The position numbers and the translations under genes were made by a program. Positions 33,601-47,600 of a stretch of 64,000 nt of DNA are shown here, one piece after another. Origin of the DNA: Octopus bimaculoides (Eukaryota); contig NC_068982.1 of the NCBI RefSeq assembly GCF_001194135.2, positions 115,149,548-115,213,547 on the forward strand. The letters are read 5' to 3'. Numbering within the stretch: the stretch's first letter is position 1; every line of letters starts with the position of its first letter. The notes under the pieces were generated by a model. It had not been told where the DNA came from. It saw nothing but the letters and a program-made list of their open reading frames with translations, and searched no databases.

Positions 33601-36600
33601 AATTTAAGATTAGCATGGTAGAATAATAATTAGTAATATCACAAAGAAAAACTAAATTCAAGCTAAATGGAAGGTTTGTATCATCTTTCAAATTTGTCAC
33701 TTGACTTTTACAAAATAAAATCAGTTGTGACTGATGCATAAGGTAGTTAAGATATGAGAAAATTTTAGATTCACTTTATAAAAGAGTTCAAAAGAAAATT
33801 ATTTAGCTAGGGATTCATTTTCGTTTCAACTGTCTTTCACAAGTAAGACAAGAAAGAAATAATTTAATTCTTGGATTTAAGAATGAAAACTATTTCTTTC
33901 ATTCTTAAATCCAATACTTGACTCTTTCACTTATTTCCCACACACTTAAAATAAATCTTATTTTATTATTCCTTCAATTGGTTTAGTGGATTTTATTGTT
34001 TTCATATCTATTTTTATCTACTTTATTTGAAGGAGTGATTGTGTTAATAGTGGAATGTATTTTTTGATCATAAGGATAGCAGTCCAGCACTGTAGCAGCT
34101 GGATGTGTTATGTAAGAGTACAAGTTTGATAGAGTGCTAGTGTATTGAGAGAGAAGTTAGGCATAATGTATTGAGAAAGAAGCTAAGCTAGTGTATTGAT
34201 AGAGAAGTTAGTTGCTGTGTACAAGAGAGAAGACTGCATTGGTTTGGTCATGTAATGTAGATGGATACTGACACATCACTAAATGTGTATACTTCACATC
34301 ACTAAAACCAGAATAGATATCTCTTTTGAAACAAAGACAAGTAGAACAAAATAACTCCATAAAATATGTAAACTATATCTGTTTAAAATATAAGACTAAG
34401 TGAATATATAAAACACAAGCACTTACTTCTCATTAATTGGTACAATAATAAAGTCCTTCTGGAAGATATCAACATGTCGTGTCCAGGTTTTAACTTGTGC
34501 ATGCCTTTTAATCATTGGCCTAATCAATGAAACATTTAAAGCAAAAATTAATCTCTATCAAATCATTGATTAAATGACAAATACTGCAAGTGAACTTCCT
34601 TTCAGAATAAAGACATTTTGATAAGAGTAAAGAATAAAGTAAAATCATTCAACTAAAATGTTTACCAGGTAAACTTAGAGCAAAAAGGTAACAGGATATA
34701 CTCATACAATAAATGGTAACATCTATATTACAGACAGCTAGCAATATGTAAGACAAATGACATTTCTCATTAATAAATAAATAAAACTATTACAAGAGTC
34801 AAAAGCAAAACCTTATAAACTTACGAGCAATAAGGGTCCTGATCAGAGCTGTAGGAATGCCTGTTCAATCGTTGTGTGAGACGTTTGTAAAAGAATGAAC
34901 TGAACACATGAGTACGTTCTCGATCAGTCTCTGATAATTTCTCCAATACCAGATACCTTACATGAAAATATGAAAATAACAGTTTAGTACATTCCTTCAA
35001 AATTGGCATTCTGTAATCCTTAGAGCATTCATTTTCTGGTCTCAGAACATCTCTTCAAACACAAGTATAAAAGAAGTAGCAAAAATGTCGATCTTCAATT
35101 ATGCAAGTATCAAATTTTACTCAACTAACAACTCAATAGAAACAATACAATTTACAACATGGCATATGTTGGCATAGTTGCATCAATATCAGTGTATTAT
35201 GCAAGCAATGCAATCAATGCTAAAATATCTCAATGCTTTCTGCAAGATAAACAATTTTGTTAAAGGGAAATCTTACTTGAGGAAGAAATCAATGATGACA
35301 TCATTTAGAAACTCTCCTTCATTCAAACAAAAGAAGTCTTCATTGGTAATGGTGATTCCTCCCTTTGCAGGTGGTGGAGGGTAAGTGATCAAGCTGAAAA
35401 AGAGTATGGAAAATAAATTAGGGAACAAAATTTGTGTTTTTTTTTTTTATTAATTCACCACTTACCTCCTTCAGTAGTTTCTAACAAATATCTTTAATCA
35501 TCAAAAAATTTATTGTACATCATTTTTTCTATGCTAGTATGATTCAAACTCATCTTCACAGCATCTTTAATAAATGTTCACTGATGATGCCTCACATTAT
35601 TACATTCAAGAAGCATCAATGATTAGTCACTGTCCTCATGTAGGGAATTTAAAAACAAAACCAGTCAGTAGATCATTTGATTATAAAGCTATTTCAGTAA
35701 ATTTTCTCAACCATTACATAGTGTTATAAAAAGTAACATTTTGTTAAAAAGATAATTTCTAACACAGCTACAAAGCCAAAAATGTTTCTTTGGTGGGTGG
35801 GGGAACATTTTATTAGAGGACTGGTGCTTATTTTAATAATCCAAGAAACATGGTTAAGTTGACTTCAACAAGAAAATGCAAAACTAAGTATTTTGTCTAA
35901 CAATGATATCCAACAAAAGCAGAAGATTGCATTGGTGTAAAAAAAAACATTCAATTAAATCAATTCCAATATCTGATTATTTTATTAACCCTGGATGGAT
36001 AAAAGGCAAACAACCAGCTGTTTTAGTCAAGAAACAACACATTCAAACGAAGTGTTCAAAAGTAAAGTTTTGTAAGCATTATTGGATATAGTACATGCTT
36101 CACTTCATTTACAGAAGCAACAACTTGAGTAATTACTTTTTAAAGTGGAACCATGTGACTATGTCAGACTATGTCTGGAGAAAATTACGTTTTTTAAGAT
36201 ACTTCACTCGTTTTACAATTTTCTTAAATTACTTGTTATATCAATTTACTGTCAGTAATGTGAGTTAACTCTGTGTACAGAAAAGAATTTGGCATACAGG
36301 TTGGGATTCATCAAGGCTCAGTCCTCAGTTGCCTCCAGGCCATAATAGAGGAATTCAAGACCAGCAGCTCCTGGGAACTACTATATACTAATGATCTAGT
36401 CCTAATGGTAGATTCCATATCAGAGCTAGAAGAGAAATTCCAGGTGTGGAAGCAAAACCTGGAATCTAAGGGCCTTAAGGTTAATTTAGCAAGGACGAAG
36501 GTCCTAGTAAGCTGGAAAATTGTTCGATTAGTGGGAAAGGTATAAGCAGGAACTCTATATGGTGTACCCTGTGTAAGCTATGGATTCACAAGAGGTGCAG

Positions 36601-39600
36601 TGGATTAATAGGAAGGTTATCAGAGAAGATAGTGTTTGTATGTGGAAGATGCACAGGATCCATAAAAACTATAGAGACTCAGGAAATTCTCTCAAATGCC
36701 CTGATGGCTCATTAGAGGTAGTAGATAATTTCTGCTACCTAAGGGACCAAATTAGTAGTGGGGAAGGATGCACAGAGAGTGTAATAGCTAGAATAAGAAT
36801 AGGATGGAGGAAATTCAGAGAGCTGTTACATCTGTTTGTCATGAAAGGTTTCTCTCTTCAAATGAAAGGAAGACCATATGATGCATGTATACAAACAGCA
36901 ATTCTACAGGGTAGTGAGACATGTGCCCTGAATGCAGAGCACATGTGAAAGTTATAGAGGAATGAGGCTAGTATGCTCAGCTAGATGTGTAATGTAAGTG
37001 TACATGTTTGATAGAGTGCTAGTGTATCGAGAGAGAAGTTAGACATAGTGTACTGAGAAAGAAGTTAGTTGCTGTGTGCAAGAGAGAAGACTGCATTGGT
37101 TTGGTCATGTAATGTAGATGGATACTGACAGCTCCCTAAAGAGGTGTCAATTTCTCAAAGTAGATGGAACACGTGGAAGTGGGAGACTCAGGAAGACATG
37201 GGACTAAGCACTGAAGAATTACCTCAGGACACTGAACCTTGCAGGCTAGATGATATGAAGGACTGAGATGCCTGGTGCCCTACTGTACTCAAGAAGACTT
37301 GTACTCCACAGCAGAATTGTTAAGACCAGTCTCCCAGGTGGTGAAGATTGACCTGCAAAAGTCCTGTGCCAGTGCCACATAAAAGTGCCCATGCAATGCC
37401 ATGTAAAAGCGCCTGTATAGTGCCATATCAAAGCATCCATGTGGTGCCACATAAAAGCACCCATGCAATGCCACATAAAGGCACCCAGCACACTGGAGCC
37501 TGGTGCAGCTTTCCAGCTCTGGTCAAACCATCCAACCCATGCCAGCATGGACAATGGATTTTAAATAATGATAAGGATTAATTTAACTATTATTTAATTG
37601 ACAAATTCTGCACAATTATATAAGGAACTCATTATGAGTGTGTATGTGTTTACATAATGGTAGTAATCTTGATTTATAGCATAACATGCAATTTTACCTC
37701 TAGGTTTACTTCTTTGATATCCATTCAAGTTCGATTAAAAAGAAAACTGATATCAAATACAATTTGAAATCATGCACTACAATTCCATGATTAACTGCAG
37801 CTGAACGTTAATGAATAACTCATTTTATATAGTGATATTTAATCAAAATTTAAATAATTTTCCTGTTCACTGATTTTTTTTTTTAAATTGGTTGGGTAAA
37901 AGAGCTATGCCCAAGTCTATGATTAATATTTCTCTTGAACAGTTGTTATTTGAGGGCTGCAGGAAAAAAATAGGCACAGATGGAATTTGAAAATGACAAT
38001 GTTCTGGAGAGGAAGGACTGGGCATAGTTTTTAGTGCAGGCCTGGAGAAGTGGCAGACAATATGAATGAGGAGACAGGTGAGATGAATAAGCCAAGTACA
38101 TGAATGGAAGTTGCATGAAACAAACCAGCTTCAAAAAAAGAGGTCAGTGTAGCAACAGTAGAGCGAAGGAACAGCATGTATGTAGGTTAGATGTTGGAGC
38201 ATCTTGATGACCAACTTCTTGCTAATCAATTGGGTGGCTCGTTTTATTTATTTATTTTTTTTTTTTAATGGAATAGCGTGCCTGTATGTGTAATTTGCAG
38301 CAGTGCCCCAGATGCAGGAGCAATGTTCTACATTAGGTCTTATTTGAACATCAAAGTGGGTTAATAATTATTGGGGATAGTCTTTGTGATGCAGTTTTTG
38401 CAATGTTGAAGATGTGTGTTGACTAGAAGAGATTTTCAGAATTTTAGTAGCTTTGAGGGTTCTGGTTGCATGGTGTTTATGTTTAGAGAATGGTACACTA
38501 TTGTTTTCTTGATATGTATAGTAGTGGTGTCTTTGCACTGTTGAAGGATACATGATAAGCATGGCCTTAAAGGCAGATGTTTAGAAAGTCTTTGTTCATG
38601 GAGTCCAAACAGGTTTGACTTCAAGTGGTTTAATAGATGGTTTAATGAGAATGAAGGGTGGTAACATCTGTGTAGGAGCAGGCATTGTTAGAGGTGACAG
38701 CAAGTAACATTATGTATAAAAGGAAGAGTGTGAGGGATGAAAATGAACTGTGCAGCACATAAAAGTAGATAGAGTGTTGATCATAGAAAACTCCTTTAAC
38801 ATACACCTTAATGGTGTGTTCTGACATGAAACCACCAGTCAGGTATGGGATCGATGTAATTGGCTGTTCCCACCTCCCAAATCTATAGCTTTAAGCCTAT
38901 GTTAGAAACTATGATTATTATTATGATGACAGAATTGGTAACACTCCTAACAAAATATCATATAGTATTTAATTACATTAATTTGTAAGGTGTTTAAATT
39001 GTGATGGAGTTAACTATTTTTTTTTTTATCACTCTGCAGTCAATAAATTAACAATGGTCAAATACTGAAATTGATTAAATTCACTATATACCTCCCTCAA
39101 AAATGTGTATCATATAAAAATTAGAAATTTTATCATCATCAAAGGTTTTACAATTATATTCCACAAATGGGAGGAAAAAAACTTGCACCGGATATACATA
39201 CTTTTCTACAGGTCCTGAAAAACCCATATTAATTGGAGGAGATGCATCTGGATATAATGATAAAGCAGCTTCAAATGAGCTAGGAGGGTATGGATTCTCT
39301 GTTTCTACTGAAGACAATGGTAATAGTTGAGATAGATCAGGACAGCACTCAGCCAACTTCTGATTCGCTTCTCCAATTGTTATTGCCCTAAAAATTTCTG
39401 GTTCTTGACTATTTCTATTTTGTGACTGAATCTTTTGAAATTTTTGAAAGATCTCAATTAGAGGCTTCTTCAACATCATAAGCTTACTACTGGGTTGTAG
39501 AAGCATAACAATGTAACGATGTGTAGCATCTGAAATATAAGAAAGACGTGCAAAAACTGAGTATTGAACAGATTTAGAATTCCTGCAAACAGTTGTGTAT

Positions 39601-41567
39601 TAAAAGTGTTACACAGGTGCATGTGTTAAAAGTGTGTGTGTGTGTTGAGATTGTTTTACGTGTGTGTGTAATGAATGTTCTACATGTGTGTTTAGAGTAT
39701 TACACAGGTGTTTGTATGTGTGTATTAAGTGCTATGCATGTGTATGAGTAAATAGTGTTAGATAAAGTGTTGTACAAGTATGTGTGTTAAGTGTTACACT
39801 GACATGTATGAGTTAATAACATTGCATGGATGTGTGGGGGTTAATAGTGTTACACAAATGAGCATGTATGTTAACAGTGTTATATAAAATATTAGTGGAT
39901 AGAAATATAAGAAAATATAGACTTCCAAGAAAATGATTTTCAACCTTCATATGAATAATGTAAACTCAGACAATTCAAGAAAATGGGGACTATCTGGCTA
40001 AATATTCTGATGCATTAGACATAGAGGAAAGAAAAACTTCATGACTAACTGTATTAATTTGTAAAATACCACCTCCCCTATTTGACAATCTACTTTTGGT
40101 TTTCTGGATTGTTAAGCTGAACAAACAGCAAATAAATGATCCAATCTTATGCAATAGATAATATGTGGCAGTAGTTACAAACCAAACCAATGGAGTAAGA
40201 GATGGTGTACTACTGAGCTTCACAATGTATATATTTTAAATTCTGATGATTTCTAGAAAAAGGAAAACAGAGTATGAATTTGGATACTATATAGAAATGA
40301 ATATGATATACCCAGCTTAAAGTGTTTTTACCATGTATAATTTGGCAAATTCTTTAGCTCTCCTAATTTACTTTGCAATCTTTTAAAAGCAGACACTAAT
40401 GCATAAAGTAGAACCAGCTATCTATCTAGGAAGGGAAGTCCTGTGATATTCCTTAGGAAAGTCTCATTATACAGAATAGTGCTTTGCTTTAAAGTATGCG
40501 GCATGCTAAAACTGATGTAAAGTTTATCTACTAATTGTTTACCAGGCACTACAAATATTTCCAAGAAAAATAAAACATAATTCTCCAAGTGTGGCTATTC
40601 TCTATTCTTCACACCTTTCAGTACCTAGGTTGTAATACCGGTAATAAAGCCCACCAAGAGAAGTTTATTACAACATTCTGCAAAAATGCATTCAAAACTG
40701 ACATATTCTATCCTTTCTCATTGATGTAGTACTTTTAATGTACAATGCCTAGCTACCCATCTGTATAAGTGAGATCTGAACAGACTTTTTTTTTGTTTTT
40801 TTTTTACTCTGATCATAACTGAGGCATTGGTAAACTAACATTAATTGCTAGGGAAGACAGTGAAAGAGTCGAAAAACTTATGATGATAAAAATAGAAACT
40901 AATATGTAATAAAATGTAACAGACTGATATCTGGGTATAATACTATTAAAGCAATGTATAGATGAACAACTGTTATATCAAAACTTGTAATAGGGACCAC
41001 ACACTGGAATATCTGTAAGGTGTGTTCATGTTAATTTTGATAGTCTTTTTTTTTATCAGGAATTTTCAAGTTTTTTAAAATATTAACTCATTATATTGGC
41101 AGTTCTGAAAGGCAACTGTAATATTTTACTTGTGGAAATAGTATAGTTACATTTTAATATCTTTCCAGCTAATTCATTAAAATATATAAAAGAAAGTAGC
41201 ATAAGCTGGCAAAGAATTTTTAGCTGACTAGAACCCCATCCCTCCTACCTTCTTTAATCCATCTCAACCATTCCTCCCATCGGCAATCAGCTCAGTCCCT
41301 ACTGCCTGTTCAAATTACATATCTAAATGACACGCAAAAAAAGTCTCAGGTATGATTTCTTTGCATGTCATCTTATACAGGATTATATAATGCTTCTGCC
41401 TTTCTCAAAGGCATGACTAATTTCAGATAATCTAAGTAGGAATCAATACTAAATCTTAAACTCTGTTTACAGTTACCACCATGGCACATAAACCTTCCAA
41501 GAGAGCAACTGTTTACAGATGACAGTATGTTTATTGCTCATATGTCACAGCAAATGTAAGAATAACA

Positions 41568-41600
<33 letters not shown>

Positions 41601-44600
41601 TGTGTGTGTATGTGTGTGTATGTGTGTGTGTGTGTGTGTGTGTGCGTGCGTGCGTGCGCACAAATATACATATCATACATTTGATTTCAAAATGTAACTA
41701 CATGTGGGTCGTTGGCGATTTCCCCCCCCCCTTCCTTTCCTATTGGTCTTTCCACTGTCTCCTGTTTCTGACGGAGAGCTTTGCTTGAAACGTAAAACCA
41801 CCTTTCTTTCCTTCCCTGAGCGTCTGCTAATACTTTGCATGTACCATGTCTTCTTGTTGTTTTTTTCTTGATGTGTTTGATCTTCGTTTTTCTTTCTTTT
41901 TTTTATTTACTATACCTATCTCATTATCTTTAGTTTTTAACATCCACTTTCCATGCTCACATGGGTCAGATGGCATTTCGTTGAAGCAGGCAACCCTCAT
42001 CTGCTTCTGGTAAGGGTAATATTTCTCTATGACCAGGCATGTTTTCATAGAAGATTAAAAACAAAGGACACCACTCCCATTCATTTACAAATATCATGCA
42101 ATGTCAAGGCAAGGAGACAGCACTACATACATACACTCATACATTAATACACGACAGACTTGTTTTTCATTTTCATCCACCAAATCTACTCACAATGTTT
42201 TGGCTGGCTCAGAACTATAGTAGAAGAGGCTTGCACAAGATGCCATGCAGTGGAACTGAACTCACAACCATGTGGTTGGAAAGCAAACTTCTTACCACAT
42301 AACCATGCCTACTTTTTTTTGTGTGTGTGTGTGTGTATATATNNNNNNNNNNNNNNNNNNNNNNNNNNNNNNNNNNNNNNNNNNNNNNNNNNNNNNNNNN
42401 NNNNNNNNNNNNNNNNNNNNNNNNNNNNNNNNNNNNNNNNNNNNNNNNNNNNNNNNNNNNNNNNNNNNNNNNNNNNNNNNNNNNNNNNNNNNNNNNNNNN
42501 NNNNNNNNNNNNNNNNNNNNNNNNNNNNNNNNNNNNNNNNNNNNNNNNNNNNNNNNNNNNTATATATATATATATATATGTATATATAAATATATATGTG
42601 TATGTATATATAAAAATAGAGAGAGACAGACAGACAGACAGAGAACTTCATATCATAGACACCTATCGCTCACCAAAAAAATGTCAGAAAAGTGGCATTT
42701 AAATTACTATGTAAACAGTTATTATCACTAGTGACAGTGGGAAGAAAACAGGAATAGAATGTCAAACTTCTGAGTAAGCAAGAGAGAAAAAAATGTTTAT
42801 ATCAGTAGTAAATAAATGAAATCTTAAAAGAGACTTACCAGAACTATTAGGATCGTAACAAAACTTAGTAAATTTTAAACCAAGTACACTTTCTATTCGA
42901 ATAGCACAGCTCTGGGTTAAGTGTAAAATAACAACAGGACGCCGATAAACAAAATTGTATTCACAGGACTTGAATTCCAAAGGAAAAACTTTAAACTCAG
43001 TGGGTTTATCTTCTCCTAAAAAAGCAAATGACACCAGTTAAATAGCACCATCTAAATTAACAATAATAATGCTGAGGTCATATACATGAGGGGAGTCTTC
43101 TGCACACTAAATACAATATGGTAGGGTTTCACATAAATAATACACTAAGTTGAAAAACTCCAATCAACTGCAAATATTTAAGCAATTAGTGAATGAAATC
43201 TCCCTTTTGCTTTCACCTACTGCTTTAAACTGCAGGCCACTCCAATGTGCATTGTCTGTATTGTCCAAAAATTACAAAATCATCAATCCAATTAGATTTA
43301 GTTTAGAGAGACAACAGGGTAACACCATTTGTAAGAGGGGTTGGGAAGGTGAAAAGGGAGAGTGAAGTATAGTATCAGAATAAAATAGGAGACACTAAGC
43401 TAAGTTAAGAGAAGTTAACCAAATAACTAGCAAAAAGGATATACATAGACCACACACCACTAGTAGGTCCTATCTATCTGTTTGTCTATCCATCCATCTA
43501 CCTATATCTTTCTTAAATCCGTCAAACCTTAAAAAAAAAAAACCTAACTTTAGAACTTTAAAATTCTATCACTTCATGACTAAGATTTAAAAAAAAAATC
43601 CAAGATTCATGGGGAATTCTGAGAATTTTGGGGATTTTAAAAAATAACTGTGGTAATTTCTGCATTGTTCCAAAAGTCCTTCTTTCTCTTAAAATCTAAC
43701 CCTATCTCTTAAAATCTAACCTCAGCATTTCATTTCTCAATTGTTACTCTCTTTTACTTGTTCACTTTCTCCTGTTCATAAGTGCTTTGACTTAGATTAA
43801 ATTCTCATAGCTTAATGCCCCCTGTTTTATTCTGATACTATACTTCACTCTCCCCTTTCACCCTCTCCTACTAATGGCATTACCCTGTTGTCTCTCTATA
43901 CTAGACCACAACTATGTTGCCCGAGATACTCCAACACATGGTCCGATTAGAGTTACCTCCCTTACTCTGTTTTTAGATTTTAAACAATTGTAAAGATTTT
44001 GCTCAATGCTTGCATAATCATATTTGTATTTAGTACGCAGGAGACTTGAGATATTTTCCTTCGGTCAAAATATTATTCGTAATCAGTGTCATTATACTTC
44101 AACTAGATTGAAGTTCTGAAGCTACAACTTAAATTCTTTAGATTACAAAAAAAAATCTTTTTTTAATTGCGGTGCTCTAGCATGGCCACAGTCAAATTAT
44201 TGAAATAAGTAAAAGAATAAAAGAATATATCTCAAATTTCATATACAAAATTAAAAATATAGACTTACTAGTAAATTTAAATAACATCCAGTCAGAATTT
44301 AGCATCACTTCTCGTGGTGAGCTGATATCCACATTACCAATCCGTAAATTACGTGTCTGGAAGTGCAGCTGATCAGGATTAAAGGCAGGCTCTAAAGGAT
44401 CTCCATAAAGAGAGCTTTCATCAGCTTCATCCACTTCCATATTTTGTGCACCAACTCTACTGACCACATTACCAAGCTGAAATGAAGAAGCAAAGGACAT
44501 TTCAGGCAGAGCAAAAACACACTTATATTAATTAATTCCAATTCACATAAGATCCAATGTTATAAAAGTTAATAATTTACCAGTTGGTAAAAATTAATCT

Positions 44601-47600
44601 TACACCAAGATTCATTGATACAGAAATCATTGATAAATCACCTTGAGGATTTTTGTTAGAATCCAAACTATCGTGTGAGCTTCTAGTACTGTATATTTAG
44701 AGTAGATCTAGGAATACAAACACCTCTACAAATTACAATAAATATCAATGATTCAACTTGCAACTGTTTAACAAGTTTTACTCCAAGAAACTGAATGCCT
44801 GATCAACAGTAGCATTATTAATGTGACCACTAGATGCCAAGAGTAATCTACAAACAATTTGTCAAACTACAGTAAGGAGAATAACACTGGTCATATGATG
44901 TCCAGATATATACAATATTGAATACTTGACTATTTGTCCAAAACCTAGCAGTGCAATGACAATTGTAACAGCAATCTCAACTCTATAGTTGGATAAAATA
45001 TATGTAGCAGACTCACCTCATCTTCCATCCTATTGCACCGAGACCGATTAACCATAGACAGGTTGGTAGAAATAGCAGGGAATATGGGCGAGTCAGGGCG
45101 ATCATTCTCTTCAGGACTATCAGACTTCAAAGAAGAATTTGTGGCATTACTGTTGAGTGAGATCCGGGAATTAGGGTCCAATACTTTGGATTGATTCTCT
45201 GACGATTCTGCAGCAGCTGGTTCATCATCATCTGATATAGTAACTGTTTCTGAAAATTAAAATACCATTAAACTATTATGAAGACAGCATATACCACAGA
45301 AATATAAGTTTATTATTTCTAACTTCTCATTTACCTTCAAGTACTATGTCCCTGTATTTAGCCATTTCTATACCAAAGTGGGCATAGCTGGCCAAGAATT
45401 CTGTTGACGAATGTTACCACCCCAACTGAAAATGGCCAAAATAACCTAATCACATTTAAATGAGAATTTCAGTGCAAATCTCATTATTACACTTGTGCAA
45501 AAACATGATTTCACAATGTAAACAATTGAGTTGCATTACTCTTTTACTCATTTCAGCCATGCAGCTGCGGTTATATTATTTTAGAAGATATCTGAGAACA
45601 GCAAATTTTTGGAGATTTTTTTCCCCTATTTTTCCCCATTTTAATTTTCTGAAATGTTTCACTCTGGACAAAAACTGGAAACTAGTTTAATGTTGTCATG
45701 TAGTAAGTTTGAATTTGAAGTATTTTTTAAAGAAGACAGAAAAATCTAAGAAAATATATAGCAAACATGAAAACCACGTGTGTGATTATGAATCGAATAT
45801 TTCTACCTCTGAAAGTGAAACAATTCTGACAACAGTTCCAAAAGCAATGAATTTGCAGCTGAATATAGTAAGAATTCAAAAACTGCTTTTTCTTAGTTAT
45901 TTTTAGGAAGATATTATTCATAGCCAGTCTTCCCAAGGAAATGAAATAGTTTATTTTCTAAATTTTTACTTTCAAGCAATTACTTCAGGAATGAATCATT
46001 ACACAGAATATACAGAGGTAAAAGAGATAGTAAGAGGTTTCATGCATGCAAGTGAGTGACTCTGTGTGTGCGTGTAAATCTTTATAAACTCGATATTTCT
46101 ATTTCCAAAAGTGAAATAATTCTGACAACAGTTCCAGTAGTGATAAAAAAGATTTAAAAAAAAGAAGAAAAAAAAAATTTTGCACCTGAATATAGTAATA
46201 AACTAAAAGCCATTTGTCTTAGTCATTTTAAGGAAGAGTCTTTCCAAGGAAATAAAACCATTAGATTATTTCTCTAGTTTTTCCTTTGGAGTAATTAATT
46301 ACTGCAGAAACAAATAGTGAAGCAGAACATAAAGAAGAAACTTAGAAATCCAAGCATTTTTGAGAAATATTGTGTGTGCGTGTGTGTGTGTAGATATATT
46401 TTTGCAAATTTCCTTCATTTGCATTGTGAATCATTACTGTGTTTTTGTGTATGCATGTGTATTTCATTTCCTAGTTTTCTTCAAAGACAAATTCCAGTAT
46501 TTCATTCTGTTTTACCTGTATGGTACACCTGTCTTATGTGTATCTAGGTCGACAGATAATCCAGTAATTTGCACAGTTCTTCTCTATTAAAATTTTGTTA
46601 TATATTAAATAACTCATTTTCAATGCTGATGTGTAAACAAAATTTAAATAATGTATTTTGTTCAATTTGCCTGTATTTACATGTAATTAGATTTACTTTG
46701 AGATGAAAATAAATTAAATAAATTTGGTTAAGAACCTTTTGATTAATTGTGTTCCAAAAATCACATTAATATGTTGATTAATAAAAGAAAAAAGAGCTGT
46801 TTCATGAAACCGGTCTAAATTCAAGATTATTTTAGAATTTAATTGAAACACATAAGGGGGGTGTCTCTCAGAAACATAGTAACAAAAGGGTTAAGGGGCA
46901 GACAAAACATTACAAGGTAAAGAAAAGTGAAAGAGAAATCTACCTGGAACTGGTGGCTTTATATTGTGAATAGTAATAGATTTCCGTCCACGCACAGCCT
47001 GTCGAGACCTTGGATACTGTATTGGTTTTCCAGTTGTAGGAGAGCAATTTATATTACTTGACAATGATGCTAATGTAGTCTTTAGAGAATCAGTAGCATT
47101 GAAACCAGATACACGTTCCATTGGCTTCTTAGGGTAAAATACATTTTTTTCTATAGCTGAAGTGTGTTCAGATTTCTTCACAGAACATGTAATTAATTTC
47201 TTTTTTGACTGTAAAAAACTGATAGCTTTAGGAGTTTCAGTTATTCGTTTTTTACACCGATCACATTTTTCATGTAATCTACCACGATTGCCACAACTCT
47301 TGCAAACTACCATTGCCACCATCTCCTTGGACTGGAACAAGATTAAAAAATTTTTTAATAACAAGCTATATTTAAACAGATAATCAAGTAGAAGTTTCAA
47401 GTTTAACCTGAACCACATATTGTAAAATATTTCTCAAAATATTCTTGGCATTCACCATCATCATTGTTTTTATGTTCACTTTCTCATGCTCGCTATGGTT
47501 GAAATGAATCCATGGAGACAGATTTTCTACAGCTGGATACCCTTCCTGCTGCCAAACCTCACTTTTTCTAAGTAAAATGATATTTTCCTCTGGCCAGAGC

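Noticed and set aside
42160-42731. Several overlapping ORFs in the track
   Set aside because: Artefacts of translation through the N gap and TA/TG microsatellites.
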